From contig JAHBMJ010000337.1 of assembly GCA_018398765.1 (NCBI GenBank), positions 1 through 50,234 on the forward strand: a stretch of DNA of 50,234 nucleotides, in the 5' to 3' direction. Under the pieces are notes generated by a model. The model saw nothing but the letters and a program-made list of their open reading frames with translations. It was not told the DNA's origin and ran no database searches. Below are positions 1 to 13,112 of the stretch, in pieces. The stretch comes from Chromera velia. Taxonomy: Eukaryota. Numbering within the stretch: position 1 is the stretch's first letter; each line of letters begins with the position of its first letter. The position numbers and the translations under genes are program-made.

Positions 1-48
<48 letters not shown>

Positions 49-120
49 GCAGAGAGAGAAAGAGAGTCTCAGACAGAGAGAGAGTCTCAGAGAGAGAGAG
101 AAAGAGAGAGAAAGAGAAAG
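1..120. repeat. (GA)n microsatellite, followed by degenerate (GACA)n to ~210
   Basis: Read directly from the sequence. Confidence 0.95.
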
Positions 121-734
121 AGGTTTTCGTTGCCTCTACGTGACTGAAGAGCTACCGATACAGGCAGGCACAGACACATACAGACAGACGCAGACAGACT
201 TAGACACATACGGACAATGCATTTTTGACTCAGTGTGCTCTGGGGCGTACCGACTTTTTTAAATTATTTACTGGTGCCTACACCAATAAATCTATCTAAA
301 TTCGTAAAATTGTTAGCAACATCAACCTACCTATGCTTTTCCTTCCTGCGCTTCTAACGGGAGTCTCTACTTCCCATATGCACTCCGAAAGGCCTCTTTC
401 TTAGAGAAAAAGACCAAACAAAAGGCCAAAAGCAAACCGTTGTTCTGTTCCTCCCTGCTCCTAGATAAAGCAACACATGAAAAAAAGTGCTCGAAAAGGC
501 TACGCTGGGCCACGTTTCTCTTATCTAACCGTCGGGATTCGTTTGAAAAAATATGGAAACTAAAGAACAACATAGCTTTCATTGAATGATTCGCTCAAAA
601 TCTTCTCTCTATGTTGTCTAAGAAGCAATCGGAGGACTCTTCTTTCCGTATGTATTTATGCATGTACTGTCTTCCCTGTCTCGCCATGTGCATAGATGGC
701 GCTATGCTTGAACACGCATACTGGGGCCACCTAC

Positions 735-1636
735 AAAAAGTCGGTACAAATCAATGCCCGGGGGATCGGCACCAAAAATCTTTAAACTCGATTTTCTCAA
801 AACGACCCTTTTTTTCTTTAGACATTCTATACAAGGAAACGTGACCGATTAGCCAGCCAGCTGGCCCAACAGGCAAGTGACTTGGATTTCTTCTCTGTCT
901 CCTTCCCTTGTCTCTTTCCTCTTGCTTTCTGTTCTCACACAGCAGTCATTTTGGGATATTCCCCCATTTTTCACTGATTTGTGCACATTTAGTACTCTTT
1001 TTTGAAGTCTGTCGCCCTGGTTCCCCAGCACCCCTCCCCCCAGCATCTTTCTTATCTTTCATCCTTCTCACAAACCATACCCCTCACTTTACCCCTCTCT
1101 TGCCTTTTATGAATTCATACATTCATATCACATTCATACTGAAAAAAAATGTACCTGGGCTCCCCTTAGCAGACCCAGTCCCTTTATAAAACGCAGTCTG
1201 CAGGTGCACACAGATAGAAAGACAGAAAGAGAGATAACAAAAGAGGGAAGGGGGTATGAGAGAAGCAGACAAAGAGCACTTATACTTACACTTACGCTTA
1301 TACACACACACACACATACATACACACACATACACACACACAGAGAGAGAGAGAGAGACAGAGGTATGCTTCTGTCGTATCATAACTACCGATTCGAGGG
1401 CATACGTGTACCCATGCATACGGCCCACACAGAGGGATAAAGGGAAAACTGACGCCAAAAATGGACTTAAAATTCGAAAGAACTGACTTTTGGAGTCACT
1501 CCTAGCACAGCCGTGGGCAAAGGTTCTCTGCCCACTGGAGGTGTCCAATTGACGTCAAACACCTGCATCTAAAAAAAAATAGGGATAACGATGTAAGGGT
1601 GCCCATCCCCTGAGCATTGATTTGTACCGACTTTTT
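735..1636. mobile_element. Inverted-repeat-bounded segment (putative non-autonomous element), copy 1
   Basis: 735-773 aaaaagtcggtacaaatcaatgcccgggggatcggcacc is the reverse complement (36/39) of 1598-1636 ggtgcccatcccctgagcattgatttgtaccgacttttt. Contains an internal (CA)n(GA)n tract. No TSD recognised. Confidence 0.6.
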
Positions 1637-2111
1637 ATTTACTGGTGCCTACAGCAATGAATAAATCTATCTGAATTCCTAAAATTGCTAGCAACGTCAA
1701 CCTACCTATGCCTTTCCTTTCTACACTTCTGATGGGAATCTCTACTTCCCATATGCACTCCAAAAGGCCTCTTTCTTAGAGAAAAAGACCAAATAAAGAG
1801 CTAAAAGCAAACCATTGTTCTGTTCCCCATAGTGTTCCCCTCTGCTCCTAGATAAAGCAACACATAAAAAAAAGTGCCCGAAAAGGCTGTGCTTCTCTGA
1901 TCTAACCATCGGGATTCGTTTAAAAAAATATGGAGACTACAGAACAACACAGCTTTCATTGAATGATTCGCTCAAAATCTTCTCTCTATGTTGTCTAAGA
2001 AGCAATCGGAGGACTCTTCTTTCCGTATATATTTATGTATATACTGTCTTCCCTGTCTCACCATATACGTAGACGGCGCTATGCCTGAATATGCATACCG
2101 GGGCCACCTGT

Positions 2112-3125
<1,014 letters not shown>

Positions 3126-3988
3126 ATTTACTGATGCCTACAGTAATGAATAAATCTATCTGAATTCCTAAAATTGCTAGCAACGTCAACCTACCTATGC
3201 CTTTCTTTTCTACACTTCTGATGGGAATCTCTACTTCCCATATGCACTCCGAAAGGCCTCTTTCTTAGAGAAAAAAACCCAATAAAAGGCTAAAAGCAAA
3301 CCATTGTTCTGTTCCCCCCTGCTCCCAGATAAAGCAACACGTAAAAAAAAGTGCCCGAAAAGGCTGTGCTTCTCTGATCTGACCATCGGGATTCGTTTAG
3401 AAAAATATGGAGACTATAGAACAACACAGCTTTCATTGAATGATTCGCTCAAAATCTTTTCTCTGTGCTGTCTAAGATTCAGACTAAGAAGCAATCGGAG
3501 GACTCTTCTTTCCATATGTATTCATGCATGCACTGTCTTCCCTGAATATATTACAATAAAATTAAATAGAATAACAATATAAGTTTACGCAAAAATACTC
3601 TGCTAAAAAAATTTGCATAAATTCAAGTTACCTTACATACCAAAAAGTGTGTAATTCAGTGACTTAAACTTAAAAAATATCAGAAAAAATGTTTCTCAAA
3701 GGTTTTTTGAAATATTATAACCATTAAAACCTTGTAATTTATAGGAAACACAACTTTTTATTAACGATATATGGAATATGTACCGCAGCTAGCCACAACG
3801 TCCCACAACATTTCAGAACAAATTCTGAATAATTACTATGCGACGGCGGTGTACGCAAATTAACATGAAACATTCTGACTCTTTAATTTGCTACACGATG
3901 GTCGTGTAACTGCCGTCTTAGCCTCTTAGGCCCTTAGTCAAGTATCATCATATATGATGATGACATTGTAAGTTTCCGCATTAATAGA

Positions 3989-4854
3989 TCACTCGCTTCG
4001 GCTTGAAATAACTTTCCGATTTGCAGCTTTACTCGCCCTGGTGACGGTCTCCAAAAACAAAAAATGGCGGCTGCAAAAAGCAGACAGACACGAAGGAAGA
4101 CAGACACACGCACACGGGAAAGGAAGACTTTGATTCATCAGAATGCCGGGCAGAGATGGATAAAAAGTTTGTGAGCAAAAGGAAACATATCACTGTAAAA
4201 AAGTTCGAAAACGTAGGAGTAGAAACAGAGGAGAAAGCCGAGTTTCATGACTGTGAATCGGTATGTGAACGAGATATGAGAGGCACATTTGAGTGACCTG
4301 CGTGGCACTTGAAGGTCCCAAGCAAGCGAAGGTAGGTACTCAGAGACGGCCTCTTGCCCGTTCTCCTTCATTATCCGCCGCTCATCATCTCCTCCTGTCC
4401 TGCCAACGACACTGTGCGGGCGCTGCTCAGCCCCCAGTGCTTGACTCTGCCTTGCATCTTCTTGCTGCCACGTGCCTGCAGAGGAGAGAGGGAGAAAAGC
4501 GGAGGAAACTGATTTGCTGGGAGGATGCACGTGCGCATCATGCTTTGTCTATCTGGCGCTGCAACAACCTCCCAAAAAAGATAAATGCAACGCAAATTTC
4601 ACTGCCCCCCTGACTCTCCTTGCAGACGTCACTTACCAGCAGAGATTGGGCTCTCTTCTAGAGAGAGAGAAATGCCGCGACCCCTCCAGGACGACACACC
4701 TGCGAAAGGAACAGAGAGAGAAGAAAGCGGTCTCTCGGATTTGTTCGGCAGAATGGAAAGACGGCGCTGCTTTCTCAGGCAAACGAGACGTCATTCAGAA
4801 GAGAAAACACACCCGTGCAAAAAGAGGTCATCGCACAGATAGCTGGGAATGCGC
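3989..4854 (-). CDS. VPS13B: Predicted last four small VPS13B exons (4854-4813, 4699-4637, 4475-4298, 4070-3989)
   Basis: Four exons with GT-AG boundaries and pyrimidine tracts chain in consistent phase to ...LAWDLQVPRSRHFLFLETVTRASKAANRKVISSRSE*, with TGA at 3991-3989. If the 4812 donor is not used, the protein stops at 4777-4775 instead. Confidence 0.6.
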
Positions 4855-7800
4855 CTGCGTGAGAGAGCCATGAGGAGCCCGAAAGGCAAAGAGAAGAAAC
4901 AGATCAGCAGAGAGGTCAACAGAGGGATTGTGAACAAGAAAGGAGAAACATGGAGAGGGGCGAGAGAACAATTTTGCGCAAGGATCCCCCTCTCCTAGCC
5001 TCTCACTTTCTTTCTTGCGGACGAATGCACTTACTTCCTTCCGCACTGAGGTCCTCTTCTGAGCATCTCAGTCGACACTTTCTTTCAGGAGGCGTTTCTC
5101 TCTCCCAACTCGAAGTTGAAGAAGATGAAGCCGCACTTTGATGCTGCTGTGCTGCTACCGTGCGGGTGGAAGGCTGGCAGCAGGGGAACCGAATACTCAA
5201 GAATACAGGACGCTGAATGAGGAGACCTTCTTCCCCTCCGTCCCGGTTTCTGCTGCTTCTTTCTTTTTCTTTTTCTTTTTCCTTTTCGCCCTCCAGATTG
5301 CTCCCTTCATTCGACTCTTTGCTCCCCCTCCTGCTGCTCGGCTTTGAGTCCCTCTCTGCAGCTGAGGAGGAAATCCCGCCAAGGGAGAGGGGAACCTTCG
5401 CAAGTTCAGAAGGGAGGGGGTACAGAGAGAAGACAAGGACCCTCCGGTCAGTAAGAAGGACAGACACGGGGGCAATCGCAGAGGGCATTCCCCCTCTAGA
5501 CTTGTCTCGAGGACCCAAGAATAGGGCCCTGCATTCGCACAGGATAACGTTCTCTTTCTCCCTTTCTCTTTCACTCCCGATCTCATCACCCCCTCCCATG
5601 CCCTCTGGGTGTCCACGCCGACTCGCAAAGATTCCTAAAAACGGAGCGTAGCCGTAAAGAGCATAACCAGAGGGGGCATCTCGCAGAGGGGGAATGCCGG
5701 GGCCTATACGTCTCCTCTCTGCCTCCAGAGACCTCACAGCTGTCAGCAGGCTCTCAACAAAGAGAGCACCAAACACCAGAGGTGTAGAGGGAGAGACCAA
5801 CCAGAGACTCCGATCGTCCGTGCCTTCAGTTTCAAAACACTCCCCCATCCCCCCTTCTCCTCTGTCCCACCCAGTTGCCAGGCCTACCACCAACTGCCGC
5901 CCCCCCGATTTACTGTGGAATGCCGGAAGCCGTGCAGGACGTGCACAAGACTCACACACCCGCGGGTGGGCCCTGAAGTCCCTCGGCCCCTCTAGGGGCG
6001 CTGTGTACTTCTTCGATACACGTGAAATGGTCCCCAGCAGGCTACCGATAGGCCTACTCACTGCGCCCACCACAGCACCGCCAACCGAACTGCCCCACCA
6101 TCTGCTCTCTTGCTGGCCAGTTTGTTGCGGTGCAGCGTTGACGAGTTCACCCGGGAGCCCACCCATGCGATCGCGTGCTTGCTGCAGCTGGTGGTGCTGC
6201 ATGTGCTGCTGTGCTTGTAAGGGAAGGTTGCGACGCAGCGAGTCTGAAAAGCTGGAAATGGTGGACAGTGAGGCCGAGGAGAGATGACGCGCGAAGCCGC
6301 CAACTCCCCGGAGAGAGAACGGAGACTGCAGCAGCTCCGCCACGCCCCTTGCCACATGCCGAGCGGCCTTTGCAGGATTTCCAAGCAGGTCGAAAGAGAA
6401 CAATCCTGCGGGGGAGTTGCAAGCAGGCAATTGGAGCGACACACAGACATGCAGGGCGGCATCCAGAAGGAAATCGACCAAAAAGGACGAAGCTGGCTTT
6501 CATTTGGCCACCATTTCACGCAAGGATCAAATATCGACTCTCTAATGCATGCTTGACAAGCAGATTCACGGTCTAGATTTATCGGAGTCACGAGCCTGAG
6601 ATGAATTCTTGAGGTGCATTTATTAAATGGTGCTCACTGCAGAATTACAACAGAAGAATACAATCTCTCTTCCTTCTTTCCTGTCTTTCTGATTCTACCT
6701 GCCCCCTCCGAACACGAACCTGCAACCGGAGCTTCCAAGAGCGCCAGGGCCGCGTAGTGGGCCCCGAGTTCCGCCCAGAGGACATGCGAGGGCGTCACGA
6801 CGTCCCCAATTCTCACGGAGGGAAACGAGAGAGCCAGATCAGAGAAGGAAAGGAATAGGGGAGTCTGCAGACGGAGACTGACGCGCACAGACACCTTGGA
6901 TACGTAGCATGTGCGCATGGTGACATAGGAGAATGTCGGAGCTGCTGCTCCTGTCTTTTTCTTTCCTTTCGATTCAATTGATTCGTCCCCCCCACTTCTC
7001 TGGCCAGAGGAGGAAGAGGAAGACGCTGAGGGGACCTCGAGAGCTTCCATGAAGGCCTTGACGTCCCTGACCAGTTGATCATCAAATTCCACACGCACGC
7101 AGGGAATGTCCAGAGGCTTGCTTGAGGAGACCCCATTCGCGACACCCACTGCCTCTGTCTCGTCTGCATGGCCTCCCTGCTCCATGTCTGCTGTGGCTTC
7201 AGCTTTGTCGGGAAACACGAGAAGCACGGGCAGGGGCGCCCTTTTGCTGCTCAGCAGGGGAGCGCAGTGCAGAGTTTCTGCCAGAGTCTGCAGGTTGACT
7301 GCGTGGGCAAACCGGGGCGCTGGGAGGGGATTGGGACCTTGGTTGTCTGCTCGGAAGTCGGCGTACAAAATCTCCACATACGAGGGCAGAGGGGGGGGAG
7401 GCTTCAGAAGGCTGAGGACGAGGGAGAGTCGGGGAATCGAGAGGGCCAGACAGGGCATCCCGGGATCCGATGACTGCCCTCCCGAGAGGTCCGACAGCTG
7501 AACGCACAAGCAGACAGAAGAGAGATGGGTCGATTCTTCAGCGCTGGAACAACGGGGCATGGGAGGGAAGTGGAGAGTTGCTACGTCAAAAACTGAGTAA
7601 GAGAAAAAGAAAGTGCAGACATTTCAAGCTTTCAGCCTCCCATCTTCCTTTGTCGCTTTACACTGTCGTGATCTCTTATTGCGTTTCCCTCCCTGCTCAC
7701 CCTCTCTCTATCTGGATACCCCGCTCCCGTGTGTCCTTTTTTGACCGACCGCGATTTTCTCTGCCGACAGGGAGTGGATCTTCCTCAATGCCCACCCATG

Positions 7801-10800
7801 CACATCCTCATCCTCATTGAATCCTGCACACAGTACCGACAGGAAGACAGAGAGACAAAATGGGACAGAGAGAGACAGAGGCGCCAGCTGCAAAGTGTAG
7901 CAAGACCTGTAAAGCTTTGCCGACACGCAGCACTCGTAAAAGAGAATGGGGGGGCAAGCGTTGATGTTGGAAAGATCGGGAACTGATGGGCCGACGGACA
8001 AACAGACAGAAAGCCGCACACAGAGACTGAGACAGACAAAGGAAAGGCACAGACAGGGCCAGGCAAGTGAAAGCAACCTTGCGTCGCTCTCTGTGTTTGT
8101 ATACAACTGCGGCATGGAAGAAAATGCTCACTCAGCACTGACAGACCCTCCAAGGAAACCACAGACTGACTGTGGGCATCACTCCAGCTCCACCGCGTCT
8201 CCTTCTCCCTCTCGCTCGCGTACACGTATGAGAGTTGCTGCACGGAAATATCCCGCAAAGCTTAGATGAATTTGATTGCAAAAAAGATGAAAAGCAAAAT
8301 GATGATCAGAGACCGCTGCAACATTCTCAGCTTCATTCGGCTTCCAGATCGGGACATTGCAGCTCGACTGTCCAGCACTATCTGCTTGCAATCTTCTGAG
8401 CCCCAACAAAAGAGGCGAATAAAGTGTTCCCCCATGTATGTCCAGCAGGCCTTCCTCTCTGTCTCTTTTTCCTTCTCTCGAGACATCAAGAGAAAACTAT
8501 AAACCACCTCTGCACTACCTTCATCGACGTACCGTCAGGTGCACTGCGTGGCGTCCCCCTCCCCCTCCCCCCCTGGAGGCCAAAGAGTTATTGTTCAGAT
8601 GAGCGTGGACAACCAGGTCGCGACTTTCCACCCGGACCTCCAGCCGTCTCTCGAACTGAAACAAATCTCCCCTGTCAGTCCCGTTTCCACCTCCCCGGCT
8701 CCCTCCGTAAGTTCGCAGTCTCTCAACCTCATCTCCGAGACGCTCTAAACCCCACAAGGAGGAACTTGTTGTATCGTTCTCTCCCCGTTCTGATTGATAG
8801 GTGCTCCCTGAAGCAGCCATTCTTGTCTCCCTTTTCCAATCAGACCACTCCCAGAAAAAGTCAACGAACGCCCGAAGTCTGCCGTCACCGTCAGCCTCCG
8901 AATCCAAATCAGGAGGGCAGGGCGGCTCAGGGGTACCAGATGCAGACAGAGGCAAAGGCAGCCATGCACCACCTTTATTCCCCGACTCCCCTCCCGACTC
9001 TGCAGCACTCACAGTCACCCAGGCCCACATCTTCTTCTCTCCAATCAGGTCCATTTGCCCTGCTGCTGCCAGCTCTGCCCTCCAGACAAGCTCCACCGGC
9101 AAGGGGCTGAAGGAACACCTGATGATGCAGTGGGCACTTGAGTAGAGTACCTCTACGTGAATACACCCAGCCAGAACTGCCGCGTGCCCCTCCCCCCCTG
9201 CGTGTGCGGACCCTCCCGAGCCTCTCCGATCTCCACGAAGGCCCGAATGGGTATACGCCTGATTCCCAGAGGACACTAGGAAGGCAGACTCTCCCTTGGA
9301 CCCTCTGATCAACACAAAAGAGGACCAGAAGGCACTCAACTCCCCGCTCGTGCACCCAGACCGCAGACGTCGGAGAGGACCCCCCGCCTCCCCCCCAGAG
9401 CCACCATCGTCTAGGCATTCAGCACTCACAGAGTCTTTCAACGACGCACGTCGAGCTGCCCCCTGCTGATCACCCCAGACTGAGACAGCAGACGGAATTG
9501 AAGAGCAGAGAGCACAGAGACGAAGCCCTAAACGCGACTGCCAGGAGGAAGAACCACTCCCTCCTTCTTCTCTTCCACGCCTTCTGCCCCGTCTCCCTCT
9601 AAGCACCCCCGCTGCTGCTGCTTGCATCCCAACACCCCCCCCTGCCCTTTCGAAAGAGTGCACAGCCGAAGACGAGGCGGAGGACCCAGAGGCAGAGGAA
9701 GACCCCAGGGGAGACGGGGAAAGTCCCCCGACGGTGTTCCCTCCACTCACAGAGGCCAAGTCGGGGTCCGTGGAGTCCGCTGCTGACCCCACTGCATGAA
9801 ACGATCAGACACGGACGGAGAGTGTGCATGTGAGACTGTTCGAAAATCCGTATACGAAACACTTCTACCAATGAATCCAGCAACTCATGCACGGTCAGGC
9901 TCCCACCATGTGCACTCACACCCAAAGAAGGATATCTGATAGGACAGAGACTCACTCACTCTGCAGCACAGGCTGGAAGGCAGACCAACTCTTTCTCGGT
10001 CGGGACACACAGTCCATCCATCCATCCATCGATCCATCCTCACTCGATCTGTCCCACACTTACCCTGCTGCGTCTGTCTCGTCTCTGTGCCGTCGCGTGT
10101 GCCCATCACGATGTCCGTTCTGCACAGAAAGAGAAGGGAGGACAGATTTGAGCCTCATACATATTTGCGTCAACGACGAAGAGCGTAAAAAAACCAAATG
10201 CTGGACACCATGAGCACCCCAGTACGAGCCTGTGCATCCACAGGAGAAAAACAACATTGGCGTATATTTGGACTGACAAACAACAACTTTACTGGCTGTC
10301 AAGCTTTTCCACGGGAGGCCGGTTTTTAGATAGATACACCAAGGAAGCGGACCAGCTCGCTGAATGAATGTCCATGCATGCACCGTCGAAGCCGTCTGAC
10401 TGACTGACTGACTGACCGAATGTCCCCCCCCGCCCCCTCATGGCGTCTTCTTGTGCCTGCACCCCCTGCCGTCCCTTCAGCCCCAGCAGCGTCCCCTCCG
10501 ACGTCTGCCCGCGCATTGAAGACTTGGAGGGTCCTCAGGGGTGCACACGGAAAGGCGGCACACGTCGCCGGAGGCACAACGAAAGGGACCATGGGGACAG
10601 CCGGGAACAGCGGGAGGGCCTGACAGGACCCTCGCCCGTCCCCTGCATGAATGCATGCATGCGTGCATACCCACGCACGAACGGACACACAAGAAGCAGA
10701 TGAGATGCACAACCGAGGGGCAGAAACGAGAATTGCGCATCATCATTGAAAAGAGGAAAAAAAGGGTTTGTTTGAAGGGCGACGCAGATTTTCAAACGGA

Positions 10801-11578
10801 TCACTTTCCTTTCATATTTCCCCCCCAGCTGTTGGACATCTCGCCCTTTCTACAGGAGCTCACAGTTCTTGTGAACCCAAAAAACGGACAAAGGAGAGAC
10901 TCCCAAACCGACCTGCCGAGGAAGTGGCCCTCGGATCTCCGCCCGACCCCCCCCCTCCTCCCGCAGAGGACCTCCGTCTCTCTCCGTGTCGTCCCTCTGC
11001 CCCCGCCTGTCTGGCCTCTCTCTCCCTCCGCCTCGCCGTGGGCCCACTAATATGTGGTTTGGACGCAGCAATGAACAGCGGGGAGTCGTTGAGAATCACC
11101 AGGGGCGGCTGGACAGATGGGTGAAATTCGATCGTGAATGTCCCTGCGGAAAATGACGCAGGCAAAGAGTTCAAAGAAAGAGAGGGAACCAGGGGACAAT
11201 TAAGAAGTTTATACCAGAATTTTTCACTTCAGACAAAAATGCCAGGAACATGCTTGCTGCAGATTTTTTGCGCAGTCTTCTACCCAAGCCCTTGGAAAGT
11301 TTTCCTTCTGAAATATCCTTTCACCCCGTACGATTGAAGCAACTCCACGCTCTCAAAGTGAGTGGAGAAAAACTCTGCAAGCAAATTCACCGACCGACCG
11401 ACCGACCGACCGCTCTTTCGATGGATGCCGTAGAGAACGTTGACGAGTGCCGTGGAGAGAGGCCGGCCTCGAGAGTCGCGTTCCTGCATCCATCCATCCA
11501 TCAAGGCAGTTAGCCAGAGATGAACAAAGATTACACACATCATGCACACACAAGGACAGTCACTCTCTCAACTCACAG

Positions 11579-11643
<65 letters not shown>

Positions 11644-13074
11644 TCTCTCACATGCATGCGTCCAAATTCCTCCGTCTAGCCCACAGAGGCAAGCGAACGA
11701 AATGAGGGAACGAAAAGAAGGGAGAAAGAGAAGTAAGGAAGAGAAAGAAGAAAGGGGACACAATTGAACAGACTGACAGAGCAGAGGAGGTCAGTTGCGA
11801 CTTGGACGTCTCTTGCAGCCCCTCCGCCCAACCAGTCCTGAGCAGCGCCCTTGCCTGCAACAACCATGGAGGAACACAGGGTGAATGAACTCACACGGAG
11901 GAGAAGTCAACCTCTGATGCCTGCCTTTGATCAGAGCATCTGAGAAGGTCCTTCTTTTCTGTTCCCAGCGGCCCTCCGCTGTCTTTGTGCTTTCCCTTCT
12001 CTTGGAAGGAAATGAAAGGAAAATGGGGGAGGGAACTGAGTGAAGTGAAAGCGCACACCCATGCAAAAGCCAGGACCAAAAGAAAGAAAAAGAAGGCCAG
12101 CCAGAGAGGCGAGAAAGGTGAGGAGAGAAGAGACATCCCACTAGACAGACCCACCAGCAGCAAGTCCCCCTCCAGGAAACAGGGGAAGAAGAATGTCGTC
12201 AGTCCACACGGCCCCCCTCAGCGCGTCTCCTTCATCCTCTGCATGCATGCACACAGGCCGGCCGAGATACAAACAGACGAACAAAAGAGAACAGTGAAAG
12301 CGGCAAAGAGAAAGAACCAACGTTGCTGGTCACAGAAGATTGCAAGGTGGCTATGAGTTCTCTTTGTAATCACTGAAGTGGATAAAAGCACGAACGTGCA
12401 CGGAAACAAAAGGCAGCTAGTAAAAGGGAAACACGGCATGACAGAGGGACGTACGGACCTCCCGGTTCTGCTCCTGCCGCCGAGACTGCCGCTCTGATTG
12501 CAAAGTACAGTTTTCTCGGATCCAGTCCTTCCATTTCTTCTTCTGCATCTGCGAGTGCCCCCTTTGAGCTTCTCACTCGCACCCCCACAGCAAGTTCATC
12601 CTCGCTGGCGCTGCCCTCTTCATCAGACTCCTGACTGTCTCTCCCGCTTCTGTCAACTTCCCCCCCTCCTTCTCCGCGAGACCGCCTGTCTGAACTCTCT
12701 GTGGCGCTGTCATCAGCTCCCCTGACAGTCGACGACTCTGAAGGAGGGAGGGGCAAAACCAGTGCAGGGAGAAAGGAGTGAAAGGAGAACCAGAATAAGA
12801 AAGCTCTCCACTGCATTGTGAAAAGCGATGGGCAACCTTCTTTCCTTCACAACTCTTTGCTTGCGTAAAAGAAACCGGAAGGAAGATCAAGTGCTTCCCG
12901 ACCCCTCCTGACGTCTCACATGACTGGACACAAACGTGAAGGATCTGCTCCAAACAGTCAAGTGCGGAGACGTCCAAAAAATGTGCAGAAATATATCACT
13001 GGAAAGCGGAACGTGGGAAAATGAGGAAAACGAAGTAAGGAAGACAGACAAGCGAGCGAGCGAGCGAGCGAGCG

Positions 13075-13112
<38 letters not shown>

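Noticed and set aside
12370..12816. ORF with an apparent signal peptide (MQWRAFLFWFSF...) as a nested secreted-protein gene
   Set aside because: The hydrophobic start is an intronic pyrimidine tract preceding a cag acceptor (~12735). The remainder is most simply an internal VPS13B exon.
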